A DNA stretch of 64,000 bases from Patescibacteria group bacterium (lineage in GTDB: Bacteria > Patescibacteriota > Dojkabacteria > JAKAPS01). Location of the stretch: the NCBI GenBank assembly GCA_025450075.1, contig JANWIC010000016.1, positions 2,005 through 66,004 on the forward strand, in the 5' to 3' direction. This document shows, in pieces, positions 11,397 to 21,820 of the stretch (positions are counted from its first letter, which is position 1; each line of letters starts with the position of its first letter). The notes below the pieces were generated by a model, which ran no database searches, had not been told where the DNA came from, and was given only the letters and a program-made list of their open reading frames with translations. The translations under genes were made by a program, and so were the position numbers.

Positions 11397-11894
11397 ATGA
11401 TATAAAAGATATTTAAGATAAGAATTCTCAAAATGTCCTTTAAGAAGCATTCTCCAAGTAAAAAAAATATCAAGCAATTCTGCTTCTAAAATACTTCGAG
11501 AAATGCCTCTAATCATTCCTAATTCTACAAGCATAAATCTTGCTTCATTAAAAATTTCAATGGCATCTATATGGGGCATCTTTGCCATTTGTAAAATTCG
11601 ATTATCTCCATTATTTACGATTAACCAAAGAATTATATTACCCTCTTCATCAATTCGTGCTCGGCCGATACTTCGTAGGCATGTTGACGGGTGTAGTTTT
11701 CCTTCTTTAAGTTGAGATAATAAATCAGTAAAATTAGTTTCTACTTGTATTTCAGGTCCCATTGGTTCAGCAAAAATCTCAGCGATGGTTGGTATTCTTG
11801 TAGATTCTTGGTCACCTGCAATGAGAAAAGCACGAAGAGCATTACGGTCTACTTCTTGAGCTGGATGGAGATAGTAATCAGCTTTTAGTCCCAT
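11352..11894 (-). CDS. Hypothetical protein (180 aa). The C-terminal 15 codons overlap the 3' end of the DedA gene.
   Basis: ORF track only. Confidence 0.3.
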   Translation of the reverse strand: MGLKADYYLHPAQEVDRNALRAFLIAGDQESTRIPTIAEIFAEPMGPEIQVETNFTDLLSQLKEGKLHPSTCLRSIGRARIDEEGNIILWLIVNNGDNRILQMAKMPHIDAIEIFNEARFMLVELGMIRGISRSILEAELLDIFFTWRMLLKGHFENSYLKYLLYHLPGVGLPPTMGSEI

Positions 11895-11977
11895 AGCGAT
11901 ATTGTACTATATGATATTACATATCACAACAATACTCATTCTTGCAGCCACTACTAAAAATCCTATACAATGGTGAT

Positions 11978-12871
11978 ATGGTTATTAATGGAAAAACAAT
12001 CGCAGAGGAAGTATATTCAGAGCTCCAAACGTTACTGGATCGATATGATGTGCCTCGAAAACCAAAAATTGCAATCCTACTCATTGGAAATCGTGAAGAC
12101 AGCTTGAAATATATCAAGGGAAAAATGCGTAAATGTGAAGAACTGGGATTTTTGTCCGAACTTTTGCAATTTGATGAGACAAGTGATGTTCATGATGTCG
12201 TTAAACAAATTGATGTGCTAAATCATGATGAAAGTATTGACGGAATCCTTGTCCAGATGCCGCTTCCTTATCTTTTTATCGAAAAGAATAAAGTCCCTCA
12301 TACGGAGAGTGTTACCAGATATATACTAGATAGTATCGATCCGAATAAAGATATTGATGGATTAACAGCAACAAATATTGGAAAATATGTCGCTCATGAT
12401 AAAACAGGTTTTATACCTGCAACTGCTCAAGGAGTAATGAAGATTCTCCAATACATCTCAATTGATCTTACCGGGAAACATGTTGTCATCATTGGTCGGA
12501 GCCTTATTGTCGGAAAACCTATTGCACAATTGTGTCTTGAGAAAAATGCAGGAGTAACCATGCTGCATTCCCACGTGTCAGATATTTCTTACTATACAAT
12601 GAGTGCTGATGTCATTATACTGGCGGCTGGAAAACCCAACCTTCTTAATCGTGAAATGGTACATGATCAGGCTGTTGTTATTGATGTAGGTATCAGCGTA
12701 ACAGATGGGAAACTTTATGGCGATGCAGATTTTAGTCAATTGCAGGATTATGTGAAAGCTATTACACCAGTTCCCGGAGGTGTCGGACCATTGACTATTG
12801 CATATATTATGTATAATTTAGGTAAAGCATATATATACAACAATGACAGCACGAAAAATTCAGTATCATGA
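11978..12871 (+). CDS. folD: Bifunctional methylene-THF dehydrogenase / methenyl-THF cyclohydrolase (FolD). The ORF-track start at 11942 is probably an N-terminal over-extension.
   Basis: MVINGKTIAEEVY...ILIGN...SL.YI..K and the C-terminal ...PVPGGVGP.T motif are diagnostic of FolD. Confidence 0.85.
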   Translation: MVINGKTIAEEVYSELQTLLDRYDVPRKPKIAILLIGNREDSLKYIKGKMRKCEELGFLSELLQFDETSDVHDVVKQIDVLNHDESIDGILVQMPLPYLFIEKNKVPHTESVTRYILDSIDPNKDIDGLTATNIGKYVAHDKTGFIPATAQGVMKILQYISIDLTGKHVVIIGRSLIVGKPIAQLCLEKNAGVTMLHSHVSDISYYTMSADVIILAAGKPNLLNREMVHDQAVVIDVGISVTDGKLYGDADFSQLQDYVKAITPVPGGVGPLTIAYIMYNLGKAYIYNNDSTKNSVS

Positions 12872-13583
12872 AGAAGTCCGTCAGCAAAAAATGCTTTCAA
12901 TACTTAGAACAATTGTCTTTCTAAGTCTTTTTTTATGTTTTTGTATCGTTGCAATCTTTATTTTCTTTTTCTCTCCTCTTTTCCGAATTTCTCATATTAC
13001 TATTTTGGGTGAAAAATATGTGCAGGGAAGCCAGATTGAAAAATCTGTCTCTTATCTAATTCATCAACCGATTCTTCTTGCACAGGTTAATGTGCCGAGT
13101 TTGAAAAGTACGTATCCTCTCATTGAAAGTGTGAGTGTGGATAAGACATTTCCCTCAAATATTACCCTCCAAATCCATGAATATCCTCCAGTTGTATTGT
13201 TCCAGACCCAGTCATTAACGTATGTCGCCTCTACGAACGGGCAAATCATTGATCGGGTAGTAAATACCAGTAATAAATATAATCTGCCGCTTGTCGTATC
13301 AGAAGAAAATAATCCTGAAGCTATTCCGATGAAGGAAATTGCAGCATTTGTGCTGCAACTGGAAAATGATAAAAGTGAATTCATCACCAATTTTATATTT
13401 TTTCCTCCATATGAACTGGATGTAAGGACAGCATCTGGAAGAAGAATACGAATGTCATTGAATAAGGATAGTGGCGTTCAGATAAGCGAAATTGATGGGA
13501 TTAAAAAATATTTGGGAGAATCAAAATGTCTTTTGCTGGATATCAGATTTGACACGGTATTTTGTTCTGATGCCTCATCATAG
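12843..13583 (+). CDS. ftsQ: FtsQ/DivIB-like cell-division protein (single TM plus POTRA-like region); start uncertain (12843 or 12891)
   Basis: It sits directly upstream of ftsA-ftsZ; N-terminal TM helix followed by the segment ISHITILGEKYV. Confidence 0.55.
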   Translation: MTARKIQYHEEVRQQKMLSILRTIVFLSLFLCFCIVAIFIFFFSPLFRISHITILGEKYVQGSQIEKSVSYLIHQPILLAQVNVPSLKSTYPLIESVSVDKTFPSNITLQIHEYPPVVLFQTQSLTYVASTNGQIIDRVVNTSNKYNLPLVVSEENNPEAIPMKEIAAFVLQLENDKSEFITNFIFFPPYELDVRTASGRRIRMSLNKDSGVQISEIDGIKKYLGESKCLLLDIRFDTVFCSDASS

Positions 13584-13621
13584 TATAATGAGAAAAACTC
13601 AAGGGTAGTTTACAAATCCTC

Positions 13622-13650
13622 TTGATGTAAAAGCTTTTATTGTATATACT
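13622..13650 (+). promoter_or_regulatory. Candidate promoter upstream of ftsA (TTGATG-17-TATACT). A second candidate, TTGTTC-16-TATAAT, lies at about 13562-13589.
   Basis: Hexamer spacing read directly from the 93-nt ftsQ-ftsA intergenic region. Confidence 0.3.
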
Positions 13651-13676
13651 AGAACGTCTATATAAAAATTACCTAG

Positions 13677-14957
13677 ATGGCGAAAAAGTTACTGACTGTG
13701 ATCGACATAGGCTCCTCAAAGATCTGTACTGTAATTTCCAATATTGAAGAAGACGATAAGGTATCAGTCATCGGTGTGGCATCCTATCCTTCAAAAGGAA
13801 TCAAAAAAGGAGTTGTCATAAATATTGATGATGCGACTGATGCAATTGCAGAATGCTTGGAAGCAGCAGAGCGAATGGCAGGGGTTACTGTCTCTTCTGC
13901 AATTATCAGTATTGGTGGAAAACATATTGCAAGCACAAATAATAAAGGAGTTGTTGCTGTTTCAAAAGATGAAATTTCACCTGAAGATGTCGCACGTGCA
14001 ATTGAAAGCGCAAAAACCGTTTCAGTTCCCCCTTCCCGTGAAATATTACATGTGATTCCCCGTGAATTCATTCTTGATTCTCAAGGAGGAATAAAAGATC
14101 CGATTGGGATGAGCGGAATAAGGCTGGAAGTTGATACCCATATTATCTCTGCCACCTCAAGTGTTATGCATAATCTCTTAAAATGCGTGAACCAGGTAGG
14201 TTTGAGTGTCAGTGATGTGGTATTCGGCGGTTGGGTTGCAGCTGAAGCTGTCCTAACAAGTACGGAAAAAGAACTTGGCGTCATGCTTTTGGATATCGGA
14301 GGAGGTATTACAAATATCTGTATTTACCAGGATGAAGCTGTATTTTACAGTTCCAGTATCGATCTTGGAGGAAATAATATTACTAGTGATCTTGCCATTG
14401 GACTTCGATTGTCACTTACAGATGCTGAAAGGGTAAAATGCGAAGCAAATGTACTGGTAAAAAATGCTCGAGTAAGACGGGATAACACGAAGAAAAAATC
14501 AGAACATACCAAAGATGATGATAAGGATCTCATTTTAAATATTGCTGATCTTGGGATTGAAGGAGTTGGAACAAATGAAATACCTAAAGAGCTTTTTGAT
14601 GAAATCATTGATGCAAGACTTGAAGAAATATTTGATGCAGTGAAAGTACAACTTGCAAATTCAGGTGTATCAGCTAAATTTCCAGCAGGAATCGTCATTA
14701 CAGGTGGCACATCAAAACTTATTGATATTACAAAATCTGCTCAAAAATATTTATCTGGTCCGGTTCGGGTTGGATCTTCACAAGGATTATATGGCTTAAC
14801 CGATGAAATTACCGGCGCTGCTTATTCTGTTGTCCATGGTATGATACAATATGCAGTAAAATATGGAATAAATAATAAAGAGACAGGAAATTTTGGAGAT
14901 ACTTCCAAAAATATTGCAGATAGAGTAAAATCATGGATAAAATCTGTCATTCCGTAA
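13677..14957 (+). CDS. ftsA: Cell division protein FtsA
   Basis: Actin-fold ATPase; N-terminus [13 protein letters not shown]; phosphate-2 region DIGGG.T. About 426 aa. Confidence 0.9.
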   Translation: MAKKLLTVIDIGSSKICTVISNIEEDDKVSVIGVASYPSKGIKKGVVINIDDATDAIAECLEAAERMAGVTVSSAIISIGGKHIASTNNKGVVAVSKDEISPEDVARAIESAKTVSVPPSREILHVIPREFILDSQGGIKDPIGMSGIRLEVDTHIISATSSVMHNLLKCVNQVGLSVSDVVFGGWVAAEAVLTSTEKELGVMLLDIGGGITNICIYQDEAVFYSSSIDLGGNNITSDLAIGLRLSLTDAERVKCEANVLVKNARVRRDNTKKKSEHTKDDDKDLILNIADLGIEGVGTNEIPKELFDEIIDARLEEIFDAVKVQLANSGVSAKFPAGIVITGGTSKLIDITKSAQKYLSGPVRVGSSQGLYGLTDEITGAAYSVVHGMIQYAVKYGINNKETGNFGDTSKNIADRVKSWIKSVIP

Positions 14958-14991
14958 ACACTGCTCACACTTTTTAGATTATACTAATACG

Positions 14992-16293
14992 ATGTTGATA
15001 CAACCAATTCTGGAGAGCAATGCAATAGCAAAAATTAAAGTTATTGGTGTAGGAGGAGGAGGAGGAAACGCAATTAATACTATGATCAAAGATCATAATA
15101 TTACCGGCGTTGAATTCATTGCTATTAATACTGATAAACAAGCACTTGATCAATCTCTTGCTGAAACAAAAATTCAAATAGGAACTGAACTTACCAAAGG
15201 TCTTGGATCAGGAGGGATGGCTTCTATTGGAAAACAAGCTGCAGAAGAAAGTGTAGATCTTATCCATGATGCACTGCAAGGTGCTGATATGGTATTTGTT
15301 ACGTGCGGTATGGGTGGTGGAACCGGAACTGGAGCTTCCCCTGTCGTTGCAGGTGTAGCAAGAAATCTTGGAGCTTTAACGGTTGGTGTTGTCACAAAGC
15401 CTTTTCTATTTGAAGGAAAAAGAAGACTTTCATCAGCACTGGAAGGAATTGATGAACTGAAAAATAAAGTCGATACCCTTATTGTTGTGCCAAACCAGAG
15501 AATACTTGAAATAATTGACAGGAAAGTCAGCTTTTTGGAAGCAATGAAACAAGTTGATAATGTTCTTGGCCACGGTGTCAAAAGTATTTCAGACCTGATC
15601 ACAAAACCAGGTATGATTAATGTTGATTTTGCAGATGTAAAGAGCATCATGAGTGAAGCAGGTACTGCATTAATGGGAATGGGTGTAGCAGAAGGTGAAA
15701 ACAGGGCAGTCGTTGCTACAAAGAACGCAATTAATAGTCCACTTCTTGAACTTTCCATTAACGGAGCAACCGGAATCCTTTTCAGTGTTACTGGTGGAGC
15801 TGATTTGTCGATGCTTGAAATAGATGAAGCAGCGCAACTCATTTCACAAAATGTTGACCCGAATGCAAATATCATTTTTGGAGCAACCATTAATGAAGAA
15901 ATGGCTGACGGATCAGTAAGTGTGATTGTTATCGCAACCGGATTTGATTCACTTTCAAGCGTTAAACATGATCTGATTTCAACCGATAGGACAATCCGAA
16001 TTGAACAGACACAGCAAAAGGTACAGGAAGAACTTTTTAATAAACCAAGAACTGAAAATGTTATTGAGCAAGAGACATATATTGAAGAAAAGGAAGAAAC
16101 TGTTATTGAAGAAACACCGGAAAGAAATGATGTTGTCCGACAGTCAAATGAAAAAACAGAAGAAAAGGCTCCTGAACAAAAACCTGAACCTGCTGAAGAA
16201 GCACCTCAGCCCAAAAAACAAAACCCACTTTTGGATGATGATGGCCAGATCCCTTCTTTCTTGAAAAGAAGATTTATGAATGGCCAGAATTAA
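14992..16293 (+). CDS. ftsZ: Cell division GTPase FtsZ with a long acidic/Lys-rich C-terminal linker
   Basis: Tubulin signature [21 protein letters not shown]7 loop NVDFADV, and the C-terminal peptide ([12 protein letters not shown]). Confidence 0.93.
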   Translation: MLIQPILESNAIAKIKVIGVGGGGGNAINTMIKDHNITGVEFIAINTDKQALDQSLAETKIQIGTELTKGLGSGGMASIGKQAAEESVDLIHDALQGADMVFVTCGMGGGTGTGASPVVAGVARNLGALTVGVVTKPFLFEGKRRLSSALEGIDELKNKVDTLIVVPNQRILEIIDRKVSFLEAMKQVDNVLGHGVKSISDLITKPGMINVDFADVKSIMSEAGTALMGMGVAEGENRAVVATKNAINSPLLELSINGATGILFSVTGGADLSMLEIDEAAQLISQNVDPNANIIFGATINEEMADGSVSVIVIATGFDSLSSVKHDLISTDRTIRIEQTQQKVQEELFNKPRTENVIEQETYIEEKEETVIEETPERNDVVRQSNEKTEEKAPEQKPEPAEEAPQPKKQNPLLDDDGQIPSFLKRRFMNGQN

Positions 16294-16299
16294 TATCTC

Positions 16300-17310
16300 A
16301 TGAACACTCCTGCACTTGCCTATACAGATATGTTCGTAAAAAATCTCCTGTCTATCACGGAGTCGAATGTCAGTTTACAGGATGCTTTCCAGGAAATTGA
16401 TAAAAATAATCCAAAATTTATTGAACTAGAAGAGACACTTAAAAGTGAGATACTTTTTCAATATATGCATTGTATAAATATTAGTATAGCATTTAAGGAC
16501 AGCAGAAAGTTTGCGCTTGGAATGAATAAACCTCCTGAAAATAGCAAAGAGCGGATGATGCTTAATATCCGAAATGTCCTTGATTATATCAATGCCTCAT
16601 TTACCAATGAGCGATTTGGTCTCCCTCTACTCGTACATTTGAATAAACTTGCTCTTGATGATATTAAAGATGTTTGGGAAATATCTAAGATGATAGTCAG
16701 CGAAGGAGAAATTGACTCATCGTTTGATTTTGAGAACAAGGATAAAGTAGTTATGCAAAATGATATGCCTTCATATATAAGATCTCTTGAAGATTATCTT
16801 GCAACAGCTCAACAGCCTGACATGGTAAAAATTGCAATGATTTTTTATGAAGTATCCCACTCACATTTATTTGCTTGCGGAAATGATGCCACAGCGCTTG
16901 CAATGATGCTATTTATGTATAGGAAAATCGGACTTCATCCGTATATAAACTTCAGTAAATGTTTGAACAATTTACAGCATGTTAGACAAAAAACAATGGA
17001 TGCCGAAAGTATGGAAGTTTGGCTTGAGATGTTCTTTTTTGAACTTGCAAAAGAAACAAAAGAATTACGATCACGCTTTTCCCCATTTCTTGAAGAAGTC
17101 CGAGTAGAACATACATCCTATGTCGACCTAAACCTCCGACAAATTAAAGGCCTTGCATATATAAAAGAAAAAGGAAAAATAAGTAGAGAAATTTATGGAC
17201 GCCTTAATAACGTCTCTCAGATTACCTCTTATCGCGATCTTACGGGACTTCTACAAAAAGGATATGTTCGAGTAGAAGGGATTGGTAAAGGAACAAAGTA
17301 TGTATTGTAA
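16300..17310 (+). CDS. Fic/Doc (Fido)-like protein with a degenerate active-site motif (HLFACGNDATA instead of HPFx[DE]GNGR) and a C-terminal winged-helix-like segment
   Basis: Position-by-position resemblance to the Fic core motif, and a C-terminal ...GKISREIYGRLNNVSQITSYRDLTGLLQKGYV... HTH-like region as in many Fic proteins. It lies 7 nt after the ftsZ stop. Confidence 0.4.
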   Translation: MNTPALAYTDMFVKNLLSITESNVSLQDAFQEIDKNNPKFIELEETLKSEILFQYMHCINISIAFKDSRKFALGMNKPPENSKERMMLNIRNVLDYINASFTNERFGLPLLVHLNKLALDDIKDVWEISKMIVSEGEIDSSFDFENKDKVVMQNDMPSYIRSLEDYLATAQQPDMVKIAMIFYEVSHSHLFACGNDATALAMMLFMYRKIGLHPYINFSKCLNNLQHVRQKTMDAESMEVWLEMFFFELAKETKELRSRFSPFLEEVRVEHTSYVDLNLRQIKGLAYIKEKGKISREIYGRLNNVSQITSYRDLTGLLQKGYVRVEGIGKGTKYVL

Positions 17311-17366
17311 AGCTTGACTATAGGGACACTATAGGCTACAATTGATGTCGCATTATTAAAAATTTT

Positions 17367-17723
17367 ATGTCAGATTTAGCTAATCCGGAAAAATGGCCAA
17401 TGCCAGGTGAACCATTGGAACCACACGGGAATCATGATATAGCAACATTTATTAAAGATACAGATGAGGCTATTGCAGGACAGAGAAGAAATAGATTAAT
17501 TATGGCTCGACTTGGGGAAGTCGCGAGTTTTGTAGTACCTGCTGGGGGAGGGTTGATTCTATCAAAAAATGATAATGCTTGCGAAGTAGTTAGTGTGATA
17601 GCTGCAATTGCGGTTTGTAGATTTGCGGTACGCATGACTGAAAGATACATAACTCCGTGGATAAATTCCCGCGCACAAGATAAACTGCGAAGAAGAGATA
17701 ATCGTGCTCGGCTTTATCATTAA
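17367..17723 (+). CDS. Hypothetical 118-aa protein, noticeably GC-richer than its surroundings
   Basis: ORF track; sampled 60-mers give about 42-47 % GC here against about 33-38 % in neighbouring genes (counted by hand on a few lines). Confidence 0.35.
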   Translation: MSDLANPEKWPMPGEPLEPHGNHDIATFIKDTDEAIAGQRRNRLIMARLGEVASFVVPAGGGLILSKNDNACEVVSVIAAIAVCRFAVRMTERYITPWINSRAQDKLRRRDNRARLYH

Positions 17724-18520
17724 GATTTAAGCACCTTATCTAGTTCCTGTTGGAAAGTAGAGTATGGATATGCTCCAAAGATAACATGTCCAGTTACAGT
17801 ATTTTTCTTGTGATCAATTTTTCCAATTAAGATAGTTGGTGTTCCTTGTACTCCGAGCTTGTTTCCTTGATCCATATCAGTATTCACATCATTTTGGTAT
17901 TTTGCATTTGTCAGACAATCATTAAATTGTGATGTATTAAGTCCCAGGTCTGATGCGTATTGTTCAATTTTTGTTGCATCATTAGTGCTTTGGTCTGTTG
18001 TATATAACTTATCATGCATTTCCCAGTATTTCCCCTGTTCTCCTGCACATCGTGCGCCTAATGCTCCAACCATTGCATTCGGATGAATGGAAGTAAGTGG
18101 AAAATCTTTAAATACATGGAATACTTTTCCGTTATCAAAATAGTTTTGGTGCAGTGAAGGAAGTGTGCTTTGGAATAGCTGTTGGCAATATGGGCATTGG
18201 TAATCGCTAAATTCTATAAAAGCAACTTTTGCATTTGCATTCCCTTGTGTATTTGCATCCGCAAGCGAGACGGTATATGTTTGGGTAGAAACAGCTGCCT
18301 GAGTCGGAGTAGCTGTAGTTGCCGTTGCAGCAGCTAAACTTGTAGCATTTGCAATATTTGCTGCCCGTCCATTATATAGGATAGCTCCTGCTACGATGGC
18401 TCCGGCTACAATAATGCTTAATGGAATTAAAAATGGATTTGGTCTGTATTCTTTACGAGGTTTTTCTTCTATAATATTTTCAATTTCAATGAATGTTTCT
18501 TCTTCCTTCTTTCTCTTCAT
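17720..18520 (-). CDS. DsbA-family thiol:disulfide oxidoreductase (thioredoxin fold, CPYC active site), N-terminally membrane anchored. The likely start is MKRKKEE at 18520 rather than the extended ORF at 18685.
   Basis: The motif FIEFSDYQCPYCQQ; a hydrophobic anchor (LIPLSIIVAGAIVAGAIL) just before the thioredoxin domain. Confidence 0.65.
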   Translation of the reverse strand: MKRKKEEETFIEIENIIEEKPRKEYRPNPFLIPLSIIVAGAIVAGAILYNGRAANIANATSLAAATATTATPTQAAVSTQTYTVSLADANTQGNANAKVAFIEFSDYQCPYCQQLFQSTLPSLHQNYFDNGKVFHVFKDFPLTSIHPNAMVGALGARCAGEQGKYWEMHDKLYTTDQSTNDATKIEQYASDLGLNTSQFNDCLTNAKYQNDVNTDMDQGNKLGVQGTPTILIGKIDHKKNTVTGHVIFGAYPYSTFQQELDKVLKS

Positions 18521-18630
18521 AAACGATTGGGATAATATACCTGCACCATTTTTACATATTATGTAGGGTATGTCAAAGTTTGACATGCATCCTTTTTGTG
18601 CTATATCATCCATATGTTTAATCATTTCCA

Positions 18631-18918
18631 ATGAAACTGACACGTACAGAACTAAAACATCTTGAAGGGCTTTCTCGAATTGCAATTGATGCGTCTAAAG
18701 AAGAAGAATACTTTAAAAAATTAAGCACGATTGTTGATTATATCAGTGTTCTTTCAAAAGTTGACACGGAAGGCATAAAACCGACATCTCAGGTAACTAA
18801 TCTTGAAAAAGGACTTCGAGATGATGAAGTTACACCTAGTATGAGCCAGGAAGATGTTTTGAAAAATTCAAAACATACATGGAAAGGATATTTTAAAATT
18901 CCAAAAGTTATTGAATAA
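18631..18918 (+). CDS. gatC: Asp-tRNA(Asn)/Glu-tRNA(Gln) amidotransferase subunit C
   Basis: Short (95 aa) protein with the GatC-type N-terminus (LTRTELKHLEGLSRIAIDASKEE), immediately upstream of and overlapping gatA. Confidence 0.8.
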   Translation: MKLTRTELKHLEGLSRIAIDASKEEEYFKKLSTIVDYISVLSKVDTEGIKPTSQVTNLEKGLRDDEVTPSMSQEDVLKNSKHTWKGYFKIPKVIE

Positions 18919-20356
18919 TATGATAAAAACGCTGCAAGACAAATTGAAAAACAAAGAAATTTCCAGCAGGGAACTTGCTGAGGAATATTTTCGTAATATC
19001 GAAAAATATGATCCTACATTGCAGGCATTTATGACGGTTACTCCTGAAAGAGGATTTGAAACAGCTGAGGAAATTGATAAGGCAGGGGTATATGAAGGTG
19101 TCTCTGGAATTCCAATGGCATTAAAAGACAATATCAGCGTTAAGGATATCCGTTTGACCGCTTCTTCCAGAATGCTTGAAGAATATATTTCCCCATATGA
19201 TGCTACAGTGGTAAAAAGACTGAAAGGCGGATTATTAATGGGAAAAACTAACCTAGATGCTTTTGCATTCGGAGCTTCTACTGAAAACTCTGGGTATATG
19301 GTAACAAAAAATCCATGGAATACAAAAAAAGTTGCAGGTGGATCAAGCGGAGGAAGTGCCGCAGCTGTTGCATCAGGAATGGCAGTATTCGCATTAGGGA
19401 CAGATACTGGCGGATCAATCCGTCAGCCTGCAGGATTTTGCGGTGTTGTAGGGTTAAAACCCACATATGGCCGATCTTCCCGTTATGGGTTAGCTGCTAT
19501 GGGATCTTCACTGGATTGTCCTGGTCCGATTACTACATCAGTTGAAGATGCAGCAATTGTACTGCAGCTAATCTCTGGAGTTGATCCGATGGATGCAACA
19601 AGTGTAGACATTCAGGTTCCTGATTTTAGGGTATTTGAAAGTATAAAAGGGAAAAAGGCAGGATTACCGAAAGAATTTTTTGATCCCTCTCTTGTTGAAG
19701 GACTTGATGCTGGTGTTAAAGAACAGGTTCTTGCAACTGTTAAACGATTACAAAAACTTGGAGTTGAAATCGTTGAAGTTTCAATGCCCTATTCTGTTTT
19801 TGCTCTCCCAGTCTACTATATCATTACCCCATCTGAGATCAGTGCAAATATGACCCGGTATGATGGTATCCGTTATGGTCATACAACGCTGCATCCTGAA
19901 GATTTACTTGACTTGTACAAAACGAGTCGTGCCTCTTTTGAAGATGAGGTAAAGCGAAGAATATTTGTTGGAAACTATGCACTTTCATCCGGATATTATG
20001 ATGCATATTACAACAAAGCAATGCAGGTACGAACACTTATCATTGAAGAAATGCATAAAACATTTGAGAAAGTTGATTTCATTGTTGGCCCTACTTCACC
20101 TACTCCAGCATTTGGTATTGGAGAAAATACGGATAATCCAGTTTCCATGTATTTGGAGGATATATATACCGTTACGGCAAACATTGCAGGTGTCCCTGCG
20201 ATATCCATTCCATGCGGTTTATCAGATGGACTTCCGGTAGGATTCCAGATCATTGCCAAACAGTTTGATGAAAAAACTATTCTTGATGTTTCATTTGCAC
20301 TGGAGCAGGATATTGCATTTGCGAAATCATATACACTAGATTTAACCAAGTTATGA
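18911..20356 (+). CDS. gatA: Glutamyl-tRNA(Gln) amidotransferase subunit A (amidase signature family)
   Basis: Amidase signature GGSSGGSAAAVA, Ser-cisSer-Lys triad context, 481 aa. It overlaps gatC and gatB, the typical operon arrangement. Confidence 0.9.
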   Translation: MNNMIKTLQDKLKNKEISSRELAEEYFRNIEKYDPTLQAFMTVTPERGFETAEEIDKAGVYEGVSGIPMALKDNISVKDIRLTASSRMLEEYISPYDATVVKRLKGGLLMGKTNLDAFAFGASTENSGYMVTKNPWNTKKVAGGSSGGSAAAVASGMAVFALGTDTGGSIRQPAGFCGVVGLKPTYGRSSRYGLAAMGSSLDCPGPITTSVEDAAIVLQLISGVDPMDATSVDIQVPDFRVFESIKGKKAGLPKEFFDPSLVEGLDAGVKEQVLATVKRLQKLGVEIVEVSMPYSVFALPVYYIITPSEISANMTRYDGIRYGHTTLHPEDLLDLYKTSRASFEDEVKRRIFVGNYALSSGYYDAYYNKAMQVRTLIIEEMHKTFEKVDFIVGPTSPTPAFGIGENTDNPVSMYLEDIYTVTANIAGVPAISIPCGLSDGLPVGFQIIAKQFDEKTILDVSFALEQDIAFAKSYTLDLTKL

Positions 20357-21816
20357 AAATTCGACCAATCATAGGGCTGGAAATTCATGTCCAGCTTAAA
20401 ACAAAATCAAAAATGTTTTGCGGATGCAGTGCACAATATTTTGGTGCGGAACCAAATACGCATATGTGTCCTGTTTGTCTTGCACTTCCAGGAGCTCTTC
20501 CGCGTGCAAACAAAAAAGCGTTGGAGAATGCTATTAAGGTTGGGATTGCACTTCATTGCCGCATTAACAACTTCTCAAAATTTGATCGCAAAAACTATAT
20601 GTATCCTGATCTTTTTAAAGGATACCAGATTACCCAATATGAAATTCCAATTTGTGAGGAAGGATATGTTGACTTGAAAAGAGGAGACGGATCTGCTCTT
20701 CGAGTTGGAATCATTCGTGCACACCAGGAAGAAGATACCGCAAAATCTATTCATGAAGATGGATACACGTTAGTTGATGGGAATAAGGCGGGAGTACCGC
20801 TTCTTGAAATTGTTTCTGCTCCAGATATGACATCTGTCGAAGATGCAACATTATTTGCTGAATATGTTTACACAACACTTCGCTTTATAGGTGTGTCGGA
20901 CTGTGATATGGAAAAGGGACAGATGCGGTTTGATGTGAATGTAAATGTTGAGATTGAACAAGATGAAAAAGATGGTAGAACAGAAAAGATAGCAACGCCA
21001 ATTGTAGAGATTAAGAACTTAAACTCTTTTCGATCAATGCAGCGTGCTTTAGCCTATGAGATTTCTAGACAGCAGGAAGAATATGAAAAGACAGGAATAG
21101 CTTTTGGGAAAGGAAACAAGACAACACGTGGATGGAGTGATGATAAAGGACATACATATTTGCTTCGATCAAAAGAAGAGGCTGAAGATTATCGATATTT
21201 TCCTGATCCCGATTTACCCCCAGTTGTTTTTAGTGATGAAGAAATAGAACAACTGAAAAATGAAATAGGAAAACTACCACATGAAATTCAACAAGAATAT
21301 ATATCTCTGGGACTTAATGCAGATACAGCACTTTATATGACTTCTGCACGAAGTTTATTTGCATATTTTGAAATAGGTAGAAAAATATATAACAAAGAAA
21401 AAAATCTGGCAAATTGGATGAAAGGTGATCTTGCATTTGCCATAAGCCAAAGAGGATTGGATGTGAAAGATATTCAGAAGATTTTGCCGGTTGACCAATT
21501 AGTTGGACTTTTACAGCAGATTGATTCTGGTGTCATTTCCCATACAGCAGGAAAAGAAGTGCTTGCTGATATGCTTGATACCCATGAAAGCGCCGAATCT
21601 ATAATTTCAAAAAAAGGACTGGCACAGGTTGGAGATAGTGATGAAATGAAGGTGATTGTAGAGAAAGTAATTGGAATGAACGAGTCAGCTGTAATAAATT
21701 ACAAAGCAGGGAAAAGCGGTGCCCTGATGTTTTTAGTAGGACAGGTTATGAAAGAGATGAAAGGTAAAGGAAATCCAGCTGTAATTACCTCTTTAATCGA
21801 ATCCATATTACAATAA
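20353..21816 (+). CDS. gatB: Asp/Glu-tRNA amidotransferase subunit B
   Basis: N-terminus IGLEIHVQL...MFCGC and a C-terminal GatB/YqeY domain; 487 aa. Confidence 0.9.
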   Translation: MKIRPIIGLEIHVQLKTKSKMFCGCSAQYFGAEPNTHMCPVCLALPGALPRANKKALENAIKVGIALHCRINNFSKFDRKNYMYPDLFKGYQITQYEIPICEEGYVDLKRGDGSALRVGIIRAHQEEDTAKSIHEDGYTLVDGNKAGVPLLEIVSAPDMTSVEDATLFAEYVYTTLRFIGVSDCDMEKGQMRFDVNVNVEIEQDEKDGRTEKIATPIVEIKNLNSFRSMQRALAYEISRQQEEYEKTGIAFGKGNKTTRGWSDDKGHTYLLRSKEEAEDYRYFPDPDLPPVVFSDEEIEQLKNEIGKLPHEIQQEYISLGLNADTALYMTSARSLFAYFEIGRKIYNKEKNLANWMKGDLAFAISQRGLDVKDIQKILPVDQLVGLLQQIDSGVISHTAGKEVLADMLDTHESAESIISKKGLAQVGDSDEMKVIVEKVIGMNESAVINYKAGKSGALMFLVGQVMKEMKGKGNPAVITSLIESILQ

Positions 21817-21820
21817 GCAT

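Noticed and set aside
15174-15890. 238-aa antisense ORF inside ftsZ
   Set aside because: It lies wholly within the strongly supported ftsZ CDS. It is an open antisense frame typical of a Gly/Ala-rich gene, and has no motifs.
17315-17340. Direct repeat CTATAGG-(4 nt)-CTATAGG upstream of the GC-rich orphan ORF
   Set aside because: It is too short and isolated to call a regulatory site or an insertion scar. It is mentioned only as context.
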